NCBI GenBank assembly: GCA_965235115.1
Contig: OZ249436.1
Location: forward strand, 31,250,001-31,314,000
DNA: 64,000 nucleotides
From: Laetmonice hystrix
Lineage: Eukaryota
Reading direction: 5' to 3'
Under the pieces are notes generated by a model, which saw only the letters and a program-made list of their open reading frames with translations, was not told the origin of the DNA and did no database searches. Below are positions 14,164 through 26,635 of the stretch, in pieces. Numbering within the stretch: the first letter of the stretch is position 1; every line of letters starts with the position of its first letter. The position numbers were made by a program, and so were the translations under genes.

Positions 14164-14741
14164 GTGCCATCTCTCTAATATCGCTCTACATTCTATAGCT
14201 GTCCGCCTAAACGGCTATACCCGCGGCAATCCGAGCTATTTACGACACATTGACAGAAGTTGGCAGAGGAATCCATTATTTGGATTCCAAAAACAGATGG
14301 GACACTCGGGTAATTTGAGCATATATTTGGTACTTGGTGCTATACCTAGTGAGTCGGTCGATGCGCTTTCCGCCTGCGGGCCAATGGAAGTCGAAGTCCA
14401 CTTATCGGCGTTAATAACAGAGACACATGGATATCGAATGGAATCCGACTTTATCATTATCTAGCTGCATCTATTTCTAGATGTCCGTTCAGACCCTCAT
14501 CGAATATTATTTATAAGTTGCAGTGAAAGAATCGGGCCGGGGGAGGTTGTGGTGGTGCCTGGCAACAAAATTTATTTTTGATTATGATTTTTTTCCCCAA
14601 ATAATACTTGCTGTCAATCACTCTTTAATTTTGTCTGTTTTCTGAAGCATGCGATCTTATCATGACACCTCAAATCCGAGTTGGTGTCCAGGGTTTCTGT
14701 ATAACATGATCTGAATGAACATGGGCTATTTCGTTTACTTT

Positions 14742-16066
14742 GGGGTGGGTGGGTATTTGGGGTTTTACGCCTTGTAACAGCCAGGGTCATATCACGGCGG
14801 TGAAGATGATGATGTTGAAAGTCAGTTTTTCTTGGTGGAGGAGACCGGAGTGCCCGGAGAAAACCACCGACATTCGGGAAGGATCTGACTGACAAACCTT
14901 TCACACATGCAGCCCAGGGGCCTGTTTCTCGAAAGCGTCGTATCAGTTACGCCATGCGTATCCTGTCGTTGGTGTTTCTCGACGGCTGCGCAAATTTGCG
15001 CCATTGCGTAAATCAGGTCTGAATTTACGACGACCAGCGAGGTGACGTACGCAACCGATTCTGAGTGGTTTGCGGAAAGTGACCATTGACCAGTGAAGCA
15101 GGAAAACATTGGGCAGGTTAAAAGACATGTATACTCAATAAAAGTCCAAATTATTGGTAGAAAAGTGCCAGCAGTAAACTTGATTTTACTTTGATTTTCC
15201 TCAACATTGTAGCATCATTTGCTACACTGAAAAACGATGAACATTATTTTTATGAATTTGACGTAATCGAACATAAACTGTACATAGAACAGGAAAATGA
15301 GAAAGATATAAACTTATCGCTTTTCTGATAACGACATTTGGTACCGTATTAATGAATTTGTATCATTTGTGTCAGTGTCAGCTTATTTGACTGTGTCTTT
15401 AACAAGAAATAGTCCTAGTATATACAATCCCCAAAGTGGCCTGCCCTGTGATGGTTTAGCCAATCGGGAGCCAGCATTTTTATGTTGTATATCATTGGTC
15501 AATTGACATTGGTCTTCTCTATATATAACATATATAACTTTGGACTAGGCCCTACACTTGGAAGTGAACTGGAATAAAGTTCATATAGTTGACCAGCTCA
15601 ACCTCGTCCTTCTGCTGTACACCTCTTCTGGAATATCGTAGGATACCCTCCCTACGATAGCACCACCCCGTGACTGATTTTTATACACCTCTATCCCCTG
15701 TCCTCAGACCTCCCTCTCATGTGTTGGCCACTTCGAACTGGTGAAGCTATTTCAATGACAATAGATTGCCATGGAAACGCACTTATTTGACCTCTTTTTG
15801 GCGCCACCTAGTGTGTCATTACAGTACCCTGTTATGCGCAGGTCCTCAGGTTAGGAATTGCGTAAGTACCTCTTGAAAAAACATCTTACGCCATGACTTA
15901 TGCCATTCGTAATGCCTTGCGTAAATCCTTACGTAAGTGTTGAACTTACGACACCTTCGAGAAACAGGCCCCAGGCCAGGATTCGAACCCGGACCGCAGC
16001 GGTGTGAGGCGATGGTCATAGGTGTCATGAGCCAACACCTTAGACCACTCGGCCACCCGAGGCCCC
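14742..16066 (-). mobile_element. tRNA-derived SINE with a V-SINE-like core, split by a Harbinger MITE
   Basis: Minus-strand head GGGGCCTCGGGTGGCCGAGTGGTCTAAGG (A box) ... GGTTCGAATCC (B box) at 15975-16066; core GGTGGTTTTCTCCGGGCACTCCGGTCTCCTCCACC near 14834-14868; short (ACCC)n tail near 14742. Confidence 0.8.
14918..15971. mobile_element. Non-autonomous PIF/Harbinger element inserted in the SINE
   Basis: TIRs GGGCCTGTTTCTCGAA / TTCGAGAAACAGGCCC, 3-bp TSD CAG. Confidence 0.85.
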
Positions 16067-19000
16067 TGTTTACCCAGGGGAGACCTAGCTGTCAATCGAG
16101 CAGTTTCGGAGAAGGACCTTTACAACAGTACGCTGAAGTTTTGAATGAAACGGAGGATGATTCTGTGTCCCTTGCCCGGTGTCACGGTCTGAAATCTCCG
16201 CCGGTCTCCGTTCTCCGCGTGTCGCAGTTTGGTCTCACATACTAGTTTTCTTCCAAATAATAATAAATGACTGCCGGAGAAACGAAACCGCGGCACCGGG
16301 TCACTCCACGGATCCTTGCCCCATGCAGCCACTACATTCGCTCCATCCTCTGTCCCGGTCCCTTTCGCACCCCGGCCGCAGGCCCCTAACTCTGCACCTT
16401 TGACCTACGCCTCGACTATGGATCCAGCGATAAGGAACAATGAAGGAACTGACCGGCTCGTGCCTCATTAGTCACTGAGACCGGCGGTGTCCACACGGGC
16501 ATCCGTTAGACAAGTCCATATTTAGCCTAATTGCTCACCACTTGAGCTAACACTCGAGCGTCAACCAGCGACAGAATGTATGGATTAAGCACACGTCGTG
16601 GACTAATCCACTGCAGCCTCTACCCCCGTATGAGACGCCGAACTTCACGAGCAAGCCTGAATTATCAGCTGGCTCGGTCAAATTGGTCTTGTCGCTAGGC
16701 TAACAAGATGATCCTGGCCGCAGTTAATTAAGTTGTTTCGGGGCATGTTAGGGGTTGGAGGTGGGCAATAAAGCGTGCAATGCGAGCCGGTCCAATGAGG
16801 GGTTACAGCATTGCTGATAAACACTAAAGTCGTTCCAGCAGATTGTAGTTTAGCGAAAATGACATGGATAGGTGACTAACTGTAATGACTGTTCGTGGTA
16901 AACATAGGGTGCTGCCAAATTACCTGCAGGCATCTCAGGGCAATGATGTGTCATGAATGAGTCGGTCCACGTGAGTCACTCATATTGACTTGAAGTTGAA
17001 GTTATATATATTGGCGCTGACTGTATGACCGTCGACTCCGGTTACCTTTAGCTGATGTCCTTTTTTCTACATCATTTAATATTTTTATGAAATGGAGCAT
17101 ATTCCATATTCATACGCGGATCAGATCAGATGCCCGTTGCCGCTATTATTTATAATATCCTAACCTGGGTAAATGTAATCATTTATATTTCCCCTAGAAA
17201 TCTATTGACCGAATAATTCTTCTATATATACGATAAAGAAAACACATGAAGATATCTGCAAGTGATTCGACCAGAGAGGGAAGGGGCTTTAAACAGCAGG
17301 ACCAGCCTTTGGGTGGAGTCCTCGTCTCGTTTACTGAAGTCCTCGAGGGTCGCCTAGGCGGTGCCACCCGCCCCCGCAGCCTGTCGTATTGAGAGGACTC
17401 TGGTCGTCTGACGGGGCTGGAAGTCGCAGCGGCTGACCGACCACACATCAAAGACCGGCCTCATATGGAGGGCCGAGGCCGCGCTGAATAAACCAGTGAA
17501 GTGGGTGACGTGATGATTTTCAAAACTTTTCAATTCGAGGATGAGCAGAGACGAGAGCTTCTTGTGACTTTCTTTTCTCGTGACAGAAGGTATTCCTAGG
17601 GGTATTGATCCGTAAATGAGAGGGTTGGCCATATAAAAAAAAACTCGCCTTCTCTTTTCAATGATACCGATGGTCCCAATGGTTCAATGGTTCAATGGTC
17701 CGAAGTGCATATAATGTGGCAATCACTGGACCATCACATAAACTAAAGCAAATTGCTCTGCTCATAATGATGTCCCAATAGTGGACAGTACCCGTAAAAC
17801 TGCACAGACGTATGTGATCGCATCAGCCTGTAAGGACAATTTGGATCAGTCCAGGCGTACGTATAGGAGAGCACGTTATAAACAATTAGTCATTCCACCT
17901 GATCAATTAGTGATCTGATAAAAGTCATATTAATAAACCATGTGACGTTTCTGTATTTGTTTCTATGACAGCAGAGATAGCAACATCAATTACGTATCCA
18001 CATAATACAACATCGAGTCTATACATGTGCATGTCTAGACAGTAGAATATTACAAGTATATATCTGCAGAATACCTTAACAGAGAATTAATCATCTAAGG
18101 CATGCTTATACTCTAGACCCCGACTTAGCGTATATATTCTAACCCCGATGAGAGAGTGAAATATACACTGGGTGATTTCCAATCAGAGAGATGGCGGCAG
18201 AAAATGGAGCGGACAATGTTCCATATAGAGAGAATTAATCAGGACCTTCCAAATGCCAAAGTGTATCCGTATCACACTAGTAAAGCAAGGCACGACCCAC
18301 AGAGTCCTTAAATGGAAGTAAAAATATAACAAACAGTCCTCGTGTATCTCAGTGGAAGCGGAGGTACTTGGCTTGTCGAAGTCAGAGGTCCTCCAGTTGT
18401 GACTTTTCTCATATAGAAGTGCTCAGTTTCTTTACGTCAAAAATCATATTTTATTTTTTTTGTATTTATTTTATTTTTTTATTCCAGTCCACAATTCGTA
18501 GGCCAGCAGTCTGTTTGCGCATGGTCGGACTATCTGTACCGACACCCCCGCCCTTTCAGCCCCCAGCACAGCAGAACGGGACGTCTTTAGACTTCCGACC
18601 ATGACACCTGTGTACCGATCGGCGAACGGTTCCTTGCTCGTGAAGTACGACATTATTGTTACCGGCAAATAATAGATGTGCAGGCGGAATGAACTGTGAT
18701 TTCTTTCCTGTGCTTGGCGCCTGCAGGGCCGACAAGATTCCTAGCCCGAGACTATGGGCATCACATTAAGTAGCCGGGGCCAGCTGACTATATAGGGTTA
18801 TCTAAGGGGGAAAATGACGTCTTGGTCTGAATGGACTCCATGTGCCCTTTGCCTGCAGGCATGCAGACGACCCACAGGAACCGCGGTGCCAGTCAGGGGA
18901 TGGAAGTTGTAATGTTTTCCGCAGCTGTTGGGTTTGACTTGGTCATTCCATTCACGAATATTGATCCAATATCTTACTTCTCCGCCCCCACTTCCTACGT

Positions 19001-19177
19001 GGACCGCCACAACTTTATCAATGGACAGATTGACGTCGGGTCCACACATTGCATATACAAGGGAACATACAAAGTCCAACGCATATATTTCGCACAATGA
19101 TATAAGTCCACGGTAAACATACACGTATTATGTAAGGGCAGATAATGAGAAAACCAATGGGGAAGAAATCGCAGCCG

Positions 19178-19256
19178 AGTGAGTGAGTGAGTGAGTGAGT
19201 GAGTGAGTGAGTGAGGGAGGGAGGGAGGGAGGGAGGGAAGGGGAGGGAGGGAGGGG
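19178..19256. repeat. (GAGT)n-(GGGA)n microsatellite
   Basis: Seen directly. Confidence 0.9.
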
Positions 19257-21029
19257 TCACTGAACAGTGAACGTCGGAGGGCTACGACTCCTGCTTCCCC
19301 AGCCACGTCAACGAGGCGTCGCACCTGTCAAGATGAATTAGAGGCACTTAACAAATTTGACCGTTTCCAGTTGACTTATTTCGTAGATGTTTCACGCGAT
19401 CAAGTGGTCTGTTCAATTTATAAAAACCCCAGCATTTGTGTCAACAAGAGGCCGATATGTTTGCTTATAAGACTCTCATGACTACACTAGATCACTCGCA
19501 TACATATATTTTCCCGATCGCTACTCTACCCATCTCGTATGAAAGGCCTAATCTGTAAGGTCGTATAGCGATGGCACGTTGTATTGAATTCACCAACTAG
19601 TCGACGATGAAGGAGAAGCTGGCCTCAAAACGAGTATAGCCCGTCGTGTGAGTGGGAGGCTGTATATTCCCGCGGGGTTCTCCCTTTGTTATACTGCTCT
19701 ACCCGCCTGCCCCATTCTCTGAACGTAACTGATCTATGAAGTTATTGGAATAGACGCCTCTGTACTAAAACTAATATCAAAGGGTTCTGACCTTATCAAA
19801 GATACAACAAAGCCTCGCGAGATCTATTTGGCTGTCTTAGACACGTAAACATGTCGCGACGGTTACAATTGACGGCCGGATACTGTTCATCTAGTAAATA
19901 AAACGTCCGACTTACTCCGACCGTCTTATCCGCGTGTCATTCTGTAATTTCGGGGCTCCGGTCTGTAATAAGCGCAGCCTGGGGATTAGAGCTCTTTTTT
20001 TAAATCTCCACAGCTGCCGTCAAACTAGTCCTTGCCTCTGTTTTGTTGGACACCAAGAAAGGCTTGGAAAGGAAAATAGCGGAACCGCCCACAATGGATT
20101 CTGTCTTTACTTAAGTCTGGCCATACAAAGCGGTCGTAATGTAATGCGTTGTATTCTGGGGGTCATACACTTAGTCGTCGGGCTTCTTTTGTTGCCCCCA
20201 AGGCTTTAGATCTCTGTGACTGGCGGGTGGGGTGTGTGGTTAGGTTGAGTATCGGGTCGTCGCCTCGCTTGCTCTGAGGAAGCAGGGTCTATTGATCGGC
20301 AAGTTGCCTGCTAGCTGGCATCAGATTCAGACACGCCTGGCCTAGCGTGGCTGGACGAACGGAATTTGAAATGGCAAACGCCTCGATCGGGCAAATGTAA
20401 TAACTGTAAAGGCAACATCGGCCAAGATCGGTGGATCAAACCTGGCGTTCATCAGCTATTTATAGATGCTGTCCCATATTTCTGTCCTCCATGCACGGCA
20501 TAGTGGCGGAGGATAGGCGCCTGCGAGTGTTTCGACTTTGCCTCGAGACGGATATGGCTAATTTGTAGGTTTTATGGAAGATGCCTTCAGTATGGGTGCC
20601 ATTAGGTGGATGAGGCAGATAGCTATATACTCTGCAGATCGTATTATTCCGTGGCTTTTTTAAAAACCATTCATCATACAACCTGTGGTATATATGCAGC
20701 ACTGATATGATCTACTCCATACCCATCGTCTGCACGACCAACGGGGTGTGTGTGTGGGGGGGGGGGGGGCATTTGCGCACGGAAGACTCCTTGCCCGACG
20801 TCAAGGGTAATAAACTGAAAAAAAGGGGGACCAAAAAAACTCACTTATAGCCTCTCCCTTTCAGTTGGGAATTGATCGAATTAACTTACGTTATTGAATA
20901 GTGAGTATATAATTCTCTTTTTTAGTTAGATTACTTCAAACCATGGAGAAAAGAGTTGAGTTAAGACTCTACAATAACATAGCGAAGTACGTGACTTTTT
21001 ATCAACACATCCGGCTTCCTGGCTCCAGA

Positions 21030-22178
21030 ATGTCTGTGATACACATATACTCTCTATCCCAACGTGGGGCAGAATGTATGTGATACAGATTATACTATCT
21101 ATCCCAACGTGGGACAGAATGCCTGTGATACAGATTATACTATCTATCCCAACGTGGGACAGAGTGTCTATAATACAGATTATACTATCTATCCCAACGT
21201 GGGACAGAGTGTCTATAATACAGATTATACTATCTATCCCAACGTGGGACAGAATGCCTGTGATACAGATTATACTATCTATCCCAACGTGGGACAGAAT
21301 GTATGTGATACACATATACTCTCTATCCCAACGTGGGACAGAATGTATGTGATACAGATTATACTATCTATCCCAACGTGGGACAGAATGCCTGTGATAC
21401 AGATTATACTATCTATCCCAACGTGGGACAGAGTGTCTATAATACAGATTATACTATCTATCCCAACGTGGGACAGAGTGTCTATAATACAGATTATACT
21501 ATCTATCCCAACGTGGGACAGAATGCCTGTGATACAGATTATACTATCTATCCCAACGTGGGACAGAATGCCTGTGATACAGATTATACTATCTATCCCA
21601 ACGTGGGACAGAATGCCTGTGATACAGATTATACTATCTATCCCAACGTGGGACAGAATGCCTGTGATACAGATTATACTATCTATCCCAACGTGGGACA
21701 GAATGCCTGTGATACAGATTATACTATCTATCCCAACGTGGGACAGAATGCCTGTGATACAGATTATACTATCTATCCCAACGTGGGACAGAATGCCTGT
21801 GATACAGATTATACTATCTATCCCAACGTGGGACAGGATGCCTGTGATACAGATTATACTATCTATCCCAACGTGGGACAGAGTGTCTGTAATACAGATT
21901 ATACTATCTATCCAAACGTGGGACAGAGTGTCTGTAATACAGATTATACTATCTATCCCAACGTGGGACAGAGTGTCTGTAATACAGATTATACTATCTA
22001 TCCAAACGTGGGACAGAGTGTCTGTAATACAGATTATACTATCTATCCCAACGTGGGACAGAGTGTCTGTAATACAGATTATACTATCTATCCCAACGTG
22101 GGACAGAGTGTCTGTAATACAGATTATACTATCTATCCCAACGTGGGACAGAGTGTCTGTAATACAGATTATACTATC
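21030..22178. repeat. 45-bp minisatellite, about 25 copies
   Basis: Unit gatacagattatactatctatcccaacgtgggacagaatgcctgt and variants. Confidence 0.97.
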
Positions 22179-22432
22179 CAGGGGCGGATCCAGGATTTTC
22201 TCTTGGGGGGGGGGGGGGGGCACCGGGACGAAGTCAGAAAGGGGTGGCTGGTCCTGAAGTGCTGATGACTAAATCATGTTTTATACAAATTTCAATCTTC
22301 ATAAATCTCCAGGTTTACTGTTAGACCTTACTTTACTGCTCGAAAGGCGTGGCTGGGTTGATTTGGGCCTAAGTTATACTATACTTGTCCAAATTTAGGG
22401 GGGCGGCCCCTGCCCCCCTAGATCCGCCTCTG
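22179..22432. mobile_element. CAGGGGCGGATC MITE (hAT5-like) inserted in the minisatellite
   Basis: TIRs CAGGGGCGGATC / GATCCGCCTCTG; the 5-bp TSD CTATC can be verified against uninterrupted repeat units. Confidence 0.9.
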
Positions 22433-23117
22433 CTATCTATCCCAACGTGGGACAGAGTGTCTGTAATACATCTATCCCAACGTGGGACAGAGTGTCTGTA
22501 ATACATCTATCCCAACGTGGGACAGAGTGTCTGTAATACATCTATCCCAACGTGGGACAGAGTGTCTGTAATACATCTATCCCAACGTGGGACAGAGTGT
22601 CTGTAATACATCTATCCCAACGTGGGACAGAGTGTCTGTAATACATCTATCCCAACGTGGGACAGAGTGTCTGTAATACATCTATCCCAACGTGGGACAG
22701 AGTGTCTGTAATACATCTATGCCAACGTGGGACAGAGTGTCTGTAATACATCTATCCCAACGTGGGACAGAGTGTCTGTAATACATCTATCCCAACGTGG
22801 GACAGAGTGTCTGTAATACATCTATCCCAACGTGGGACAGAGTGTCTGTAATACATCTATCCCAACGTGGGACAGAGTGTCTGTAATACATCTATCCCAA
22901 CGTGGGACAGAGTGTCTGTAATACATCTATCCCAACGTGGGACAGAGTGTCTGTAATACATCTATCCCAACGTGGGACAGAGTGTCTGTAATACATCTAT
23001 CCCAACGTGGGACAGAGTGTCTGTAATACATCTATCCCAACGTGGGACAGAGTGTCTGTAATACATCTATCCCAACGTTGGACAGAGTGTCTGTAATACA
23101 ATGTATCTTTCCCAACG
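22433..23117. repeat. 35-bp minisatellite (deletion derivative of the 45-bp unit), about 19 copies
   Basis: Unit tctatcccaacgtgggacagagtgtctgtaataca, which is the 45-bp unit minus gattatacta. Confidence 0.97.
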
Positions 23118-23377
23118 TCCGCCGTAACTCATATTCAACTCGTACACAACTCATCCGGCACAGAGTACGAAATGTTCGCATATATGAAATTGTAGTTCGT
23201 TCTTTTTGGGGAATTAGAAGTTCTCGTGTAATTCTGCTTTACTCGGAGTTAAAAATGGCATTTTAAGCAACCGAGATAATAAAAACTGATACAGTCATTT
23301 ACCCGAATCCCTACCGGGCATCCTTGGACACTTTGCCCTGGGTAAAAACGTTCCACCTGGCACCTCGGGACAGACCT

Positions 23378-23648
23378 GGCACCCAGGGACAGAGGTGGTG
23401 GGTAGAAACGGTCCACCTGGCACCCCGGGACAGAGGTGGTGGGTAGAAACGGTCCACCTGGCACCCAGGGATAGAGGTGGTGGGTTGAAACGGTCCACCT
23501 GACACCCAGGGACAGAGGTGGTGGGTAGAAACGGTCCACCTGGCACCCAGGGATAGAGGTGGTGGGTAGAAACGGTCCACCTGGCACCCAGGGACAGAGG
23601 TGGTGGGTAGAAACGGTCCACCTGGCACCCAGGGACAGAGGTGGTGGG
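23378..23648. repeat. 41-bp minisatellite, about 6.5 copies
   Basis: Unit ggcacccagggacagaggtggtgggtagaaacggtccacct. Confidence 0.95.
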
Positions 23649-26122
23649 TCGGAACTTGGTTAAACTTGCTTAGTAGAAAAGTTCCACTTGGTAAGGGACA
23701 GGATCGATTCTAACATATATTTCCTATAGTTTTCTATGAACTCCTCGAGAAATTCCGTCTTGAAAAGTTTCATACGCATTTTTCCCACAGAGGCTGGTGC
23801 AGAATAAATCGTGCCCTACGCCTTGTTCTGAATCCGAAGTGTTAGTAGTATTAGAAAAAGTCCCATTGTCTCAGGCATCGCTTTCCTCTGTGACCCTGTG
23901 TGTTGACAGTCTGGGTAACAATCAAGATTACTAAGAAACAATTAAACCAGCGGAGAAATGAATTAGTTCCCCGATAACTATAATCAGAGAAACATCCATG
24001 CCGAACTATATTGCCACCCCCGTACATTATGTATTCGTAGGACCATAAGCTTCTTCAGTGCTATCTCTTAGACAATAGCATGTCGGGCAAATGATGTCAC
24101 GGCCTTCGCCACTGCAGCAGCCCAGTACCACCTTGACATTTGACTCCCCTAGACATACACCTCAGGAGACGTGCCGAGGGATACGGCCTGCGGCACAGAG
24201 CCATTTCTTGGACCGCAGAAGTGATCGCAATTGGGTTCACACTCTGGTGTCCCACAACCATTGGCGAAACTCATCTCGAGCCTTGTACGTACCTGTCAGC
24301 AAGTGACCAAGATAAAACAGTCTGTATGGAAGCCTGGCATACAAGTATACGGAATCGATGTAGCTTAACTCCATCCAACTGTTTTGTATGCATTGACCCC
24401 CCCCCCCCCCGAGTGCCAGTTGAATGGAGTCGGGTTCAGCGGAGGTGGTATATTATGGATTTCAATGCATAAAAACTAGTTAGAAGAAGTTGGGTTCATG
24501 CGGATCCGTACTTGTATGATCATTTTAAATATGATAACAGTGGATGTTTTCCATTATGATAGTTAGCCTCCCATATAGCGCCGCAGATGCCGGGCATTTT
24601 ATATTTAGGCCCTACCAACTACAGACTCGTCTCGGAAAAGGGCAGATCTAGATCTAGTATATGTATAACATAAGAAATGACAACCAGAAAATACATAAAT
24701 CTAAAAGCCTTTTAGTGCATTAACTGATTCACGATTCTAAAGTCAAGAATCAAAAACAGCAGCAAAGGCGAAGCATGGATAGGAAAGAAAGGCTCCCAGA
24801 ATTTCCCGCCAGAAGACGAGACTATTCGCGGGTGGAGTGCACTTGGAGGTGTGCACCATCGTATGGGGCGGCTGTTGCTGAGCTGGATGAGGTGGAGGAG
24901 GGAGGGAGGGAGAGAGGGGGAGGGAGGCAGGGAGGGAGGGGGAGGGGGTTGGCGGGTTGGGGCCCACAGCTGAGTGTGACGTTCACTGCCACTTAGCCCG
25001 CCGACAGCTATGACGTCTTTGGCGGCGGTAGTCCTTCAGTATTACTAGAGCCACTCATGCGAGAGCAAAAGGTGCAGGTATTTTCGTACAGAAATAGCAA
25101 CAGTCAAGGTCACGTGGCCAATCACTTACACACAATCGTTTGATGGTCATGACCACCTCGGACTTCGATTGGTATTCCCCCTCCCCCCAAGATGAAGGGT
25201 ACTTTTATAACGACCTGAAATTGTTTGAAAAGGGATCGTTAGAAAAGGTTCCAGCTATTTAAATTCATTTGCTGTTTAGGGGAAATACGTCTGAAGACTG
25301 AATGTTTCATGCTTACACTTCATGGTATTGTGGTATTGTTTAGGGCGGCATTCTTCTGCGCCTTAATATTCTGTTTCCAAGCCCGGAATAAGTTGGTCAG
25401 AAGTGTATTTTAGTAAAAGTGGACTGAATGGTGACGATGCCTTCTGTAAATGGATCGGGTAAGCAAGCGACGTACAATAAGTTTGACCCGAGGGTAATGT
25501 GGGATATAAAGTGCAGTAAAGTGGAAGGGCGGGAGTCTTTCTCTTTTAGCTTTTTTCCTCCTTCCAAATTTCTCCCTGCTCGCCACAACACCGGAAGCCA
25601 AGTTTTTTTAAGGCATCCTGAACGATCTGAACCCATTTACACGCTTCATATTTGATCGCTGTTAGCATATTATTTACATCAATCTTCTGGCGGGACTGCC
25701 ATACTGGGAGACTCAAATAAACTTCGGCATACTCCAAAAAGAAAAAGAAAAGAAAAGGAAAAAATACCTTACTCCTGTGTAATGATACGGCGGTTCTTGC
25801 TATTAGCGTGGGCAGGGGAGGCGAGATCCTTTTAATGAACCCTAAAACTCGTTAAACAGAAACTTAAGCTTGGTGATTATGGACAATTCTTGAGCAAAGA
25901 ACTTTGAAATATCAAGACCACATTTGGACTTTTCACGTGTGTTTCTAAATTAATTTAAGGGACACATTTAATCCTGGAATGGAATCCACCAATCGGCCTC
26001 GGTCGGCTGGCTTGCGGGACCCATTTACTTGGGTGATCATGCTATGGTATATAAAATAATAACTTGTGAAATTGCGAAATTTTATCGAAGACTCGCTTAA
26101 ATGAGGAGAAAATCGTTTGGAA

Positions 26123-26545
26123 CCAAGTTCCTGCCCCATTACGGTAACATTGCTACGACATTGATTTGATTTTGATTGCGGGTTTCGCAGCTTGAACAGG
26201 CAGGGTCATTATGAAGGCGGTCAGTTTACCGAGTTCCTGCCCCATCACGCTAACATTGCTACGACATTGATTTGATTTTGATTGCGGGTTTACGCTTTAA
26301 CAGGCAGGGTCATTATGAAGGCAGTCAGTTTACCGAGTTCCTGCCCCATCACGCTAACATTGCTACCACATTGATTTGATTTTGATTGCGGGTTTCGCAG
26401 CTTTAACAGGCAGGGTCATTATGAAGGCGGTCAGTTTACCGAGTTCCTGCCCCATCACGCTAACATTGCTACGACATCGATTTGATTTTGATTGCGGGTT
26501 TATGCTTTAACAGGCAGGGTCATTATGAAGGCGGTCAGTTTTACC
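26123..26545. repeat. About 105-bp tandem repeat, 4 copies, containing a SINE 3' end
   Basis: Units start near 26123, 26229, 26333 and 26439; each ends in acaggcagggtcattatgaaggcggtcagttt (or a 1-nt variant). Confidence 0.9.
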
Positions 26546-26635
26546 GGTGGAGAAAACCGAAGTGTCCCGGGGGAAACCTACCGAACTTAGAGTAGGTAAC
26601 TGACACACCTTCTCACGTCCGGCTCGAGTGGGATA
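26480..26635 (-). mobile_element. 5'-truncated SINE related to the one at 14742
   Basis: ggtggagaaaaccgaagtgtcccggggaaacctaccga resembles the core ggtggaggagaccggagtgcccggagaaaaccaccga at 14834-14870. Confidence 0.7.

Noticed and set aside
15975..16066. tRNA gene
   Set aside because: It has A and B boxes but no proper cloverleaf, and it continues into a SINE core
18798..19124. Overlapping 89-108-aa ORFs in unique sequence
   Set aside because: No recognisable domain or convincing splice structure
21064..22265. ORFs of 300-400 aa
   Set aside because: Artefacts of the 45-bp satellite; several frames are open
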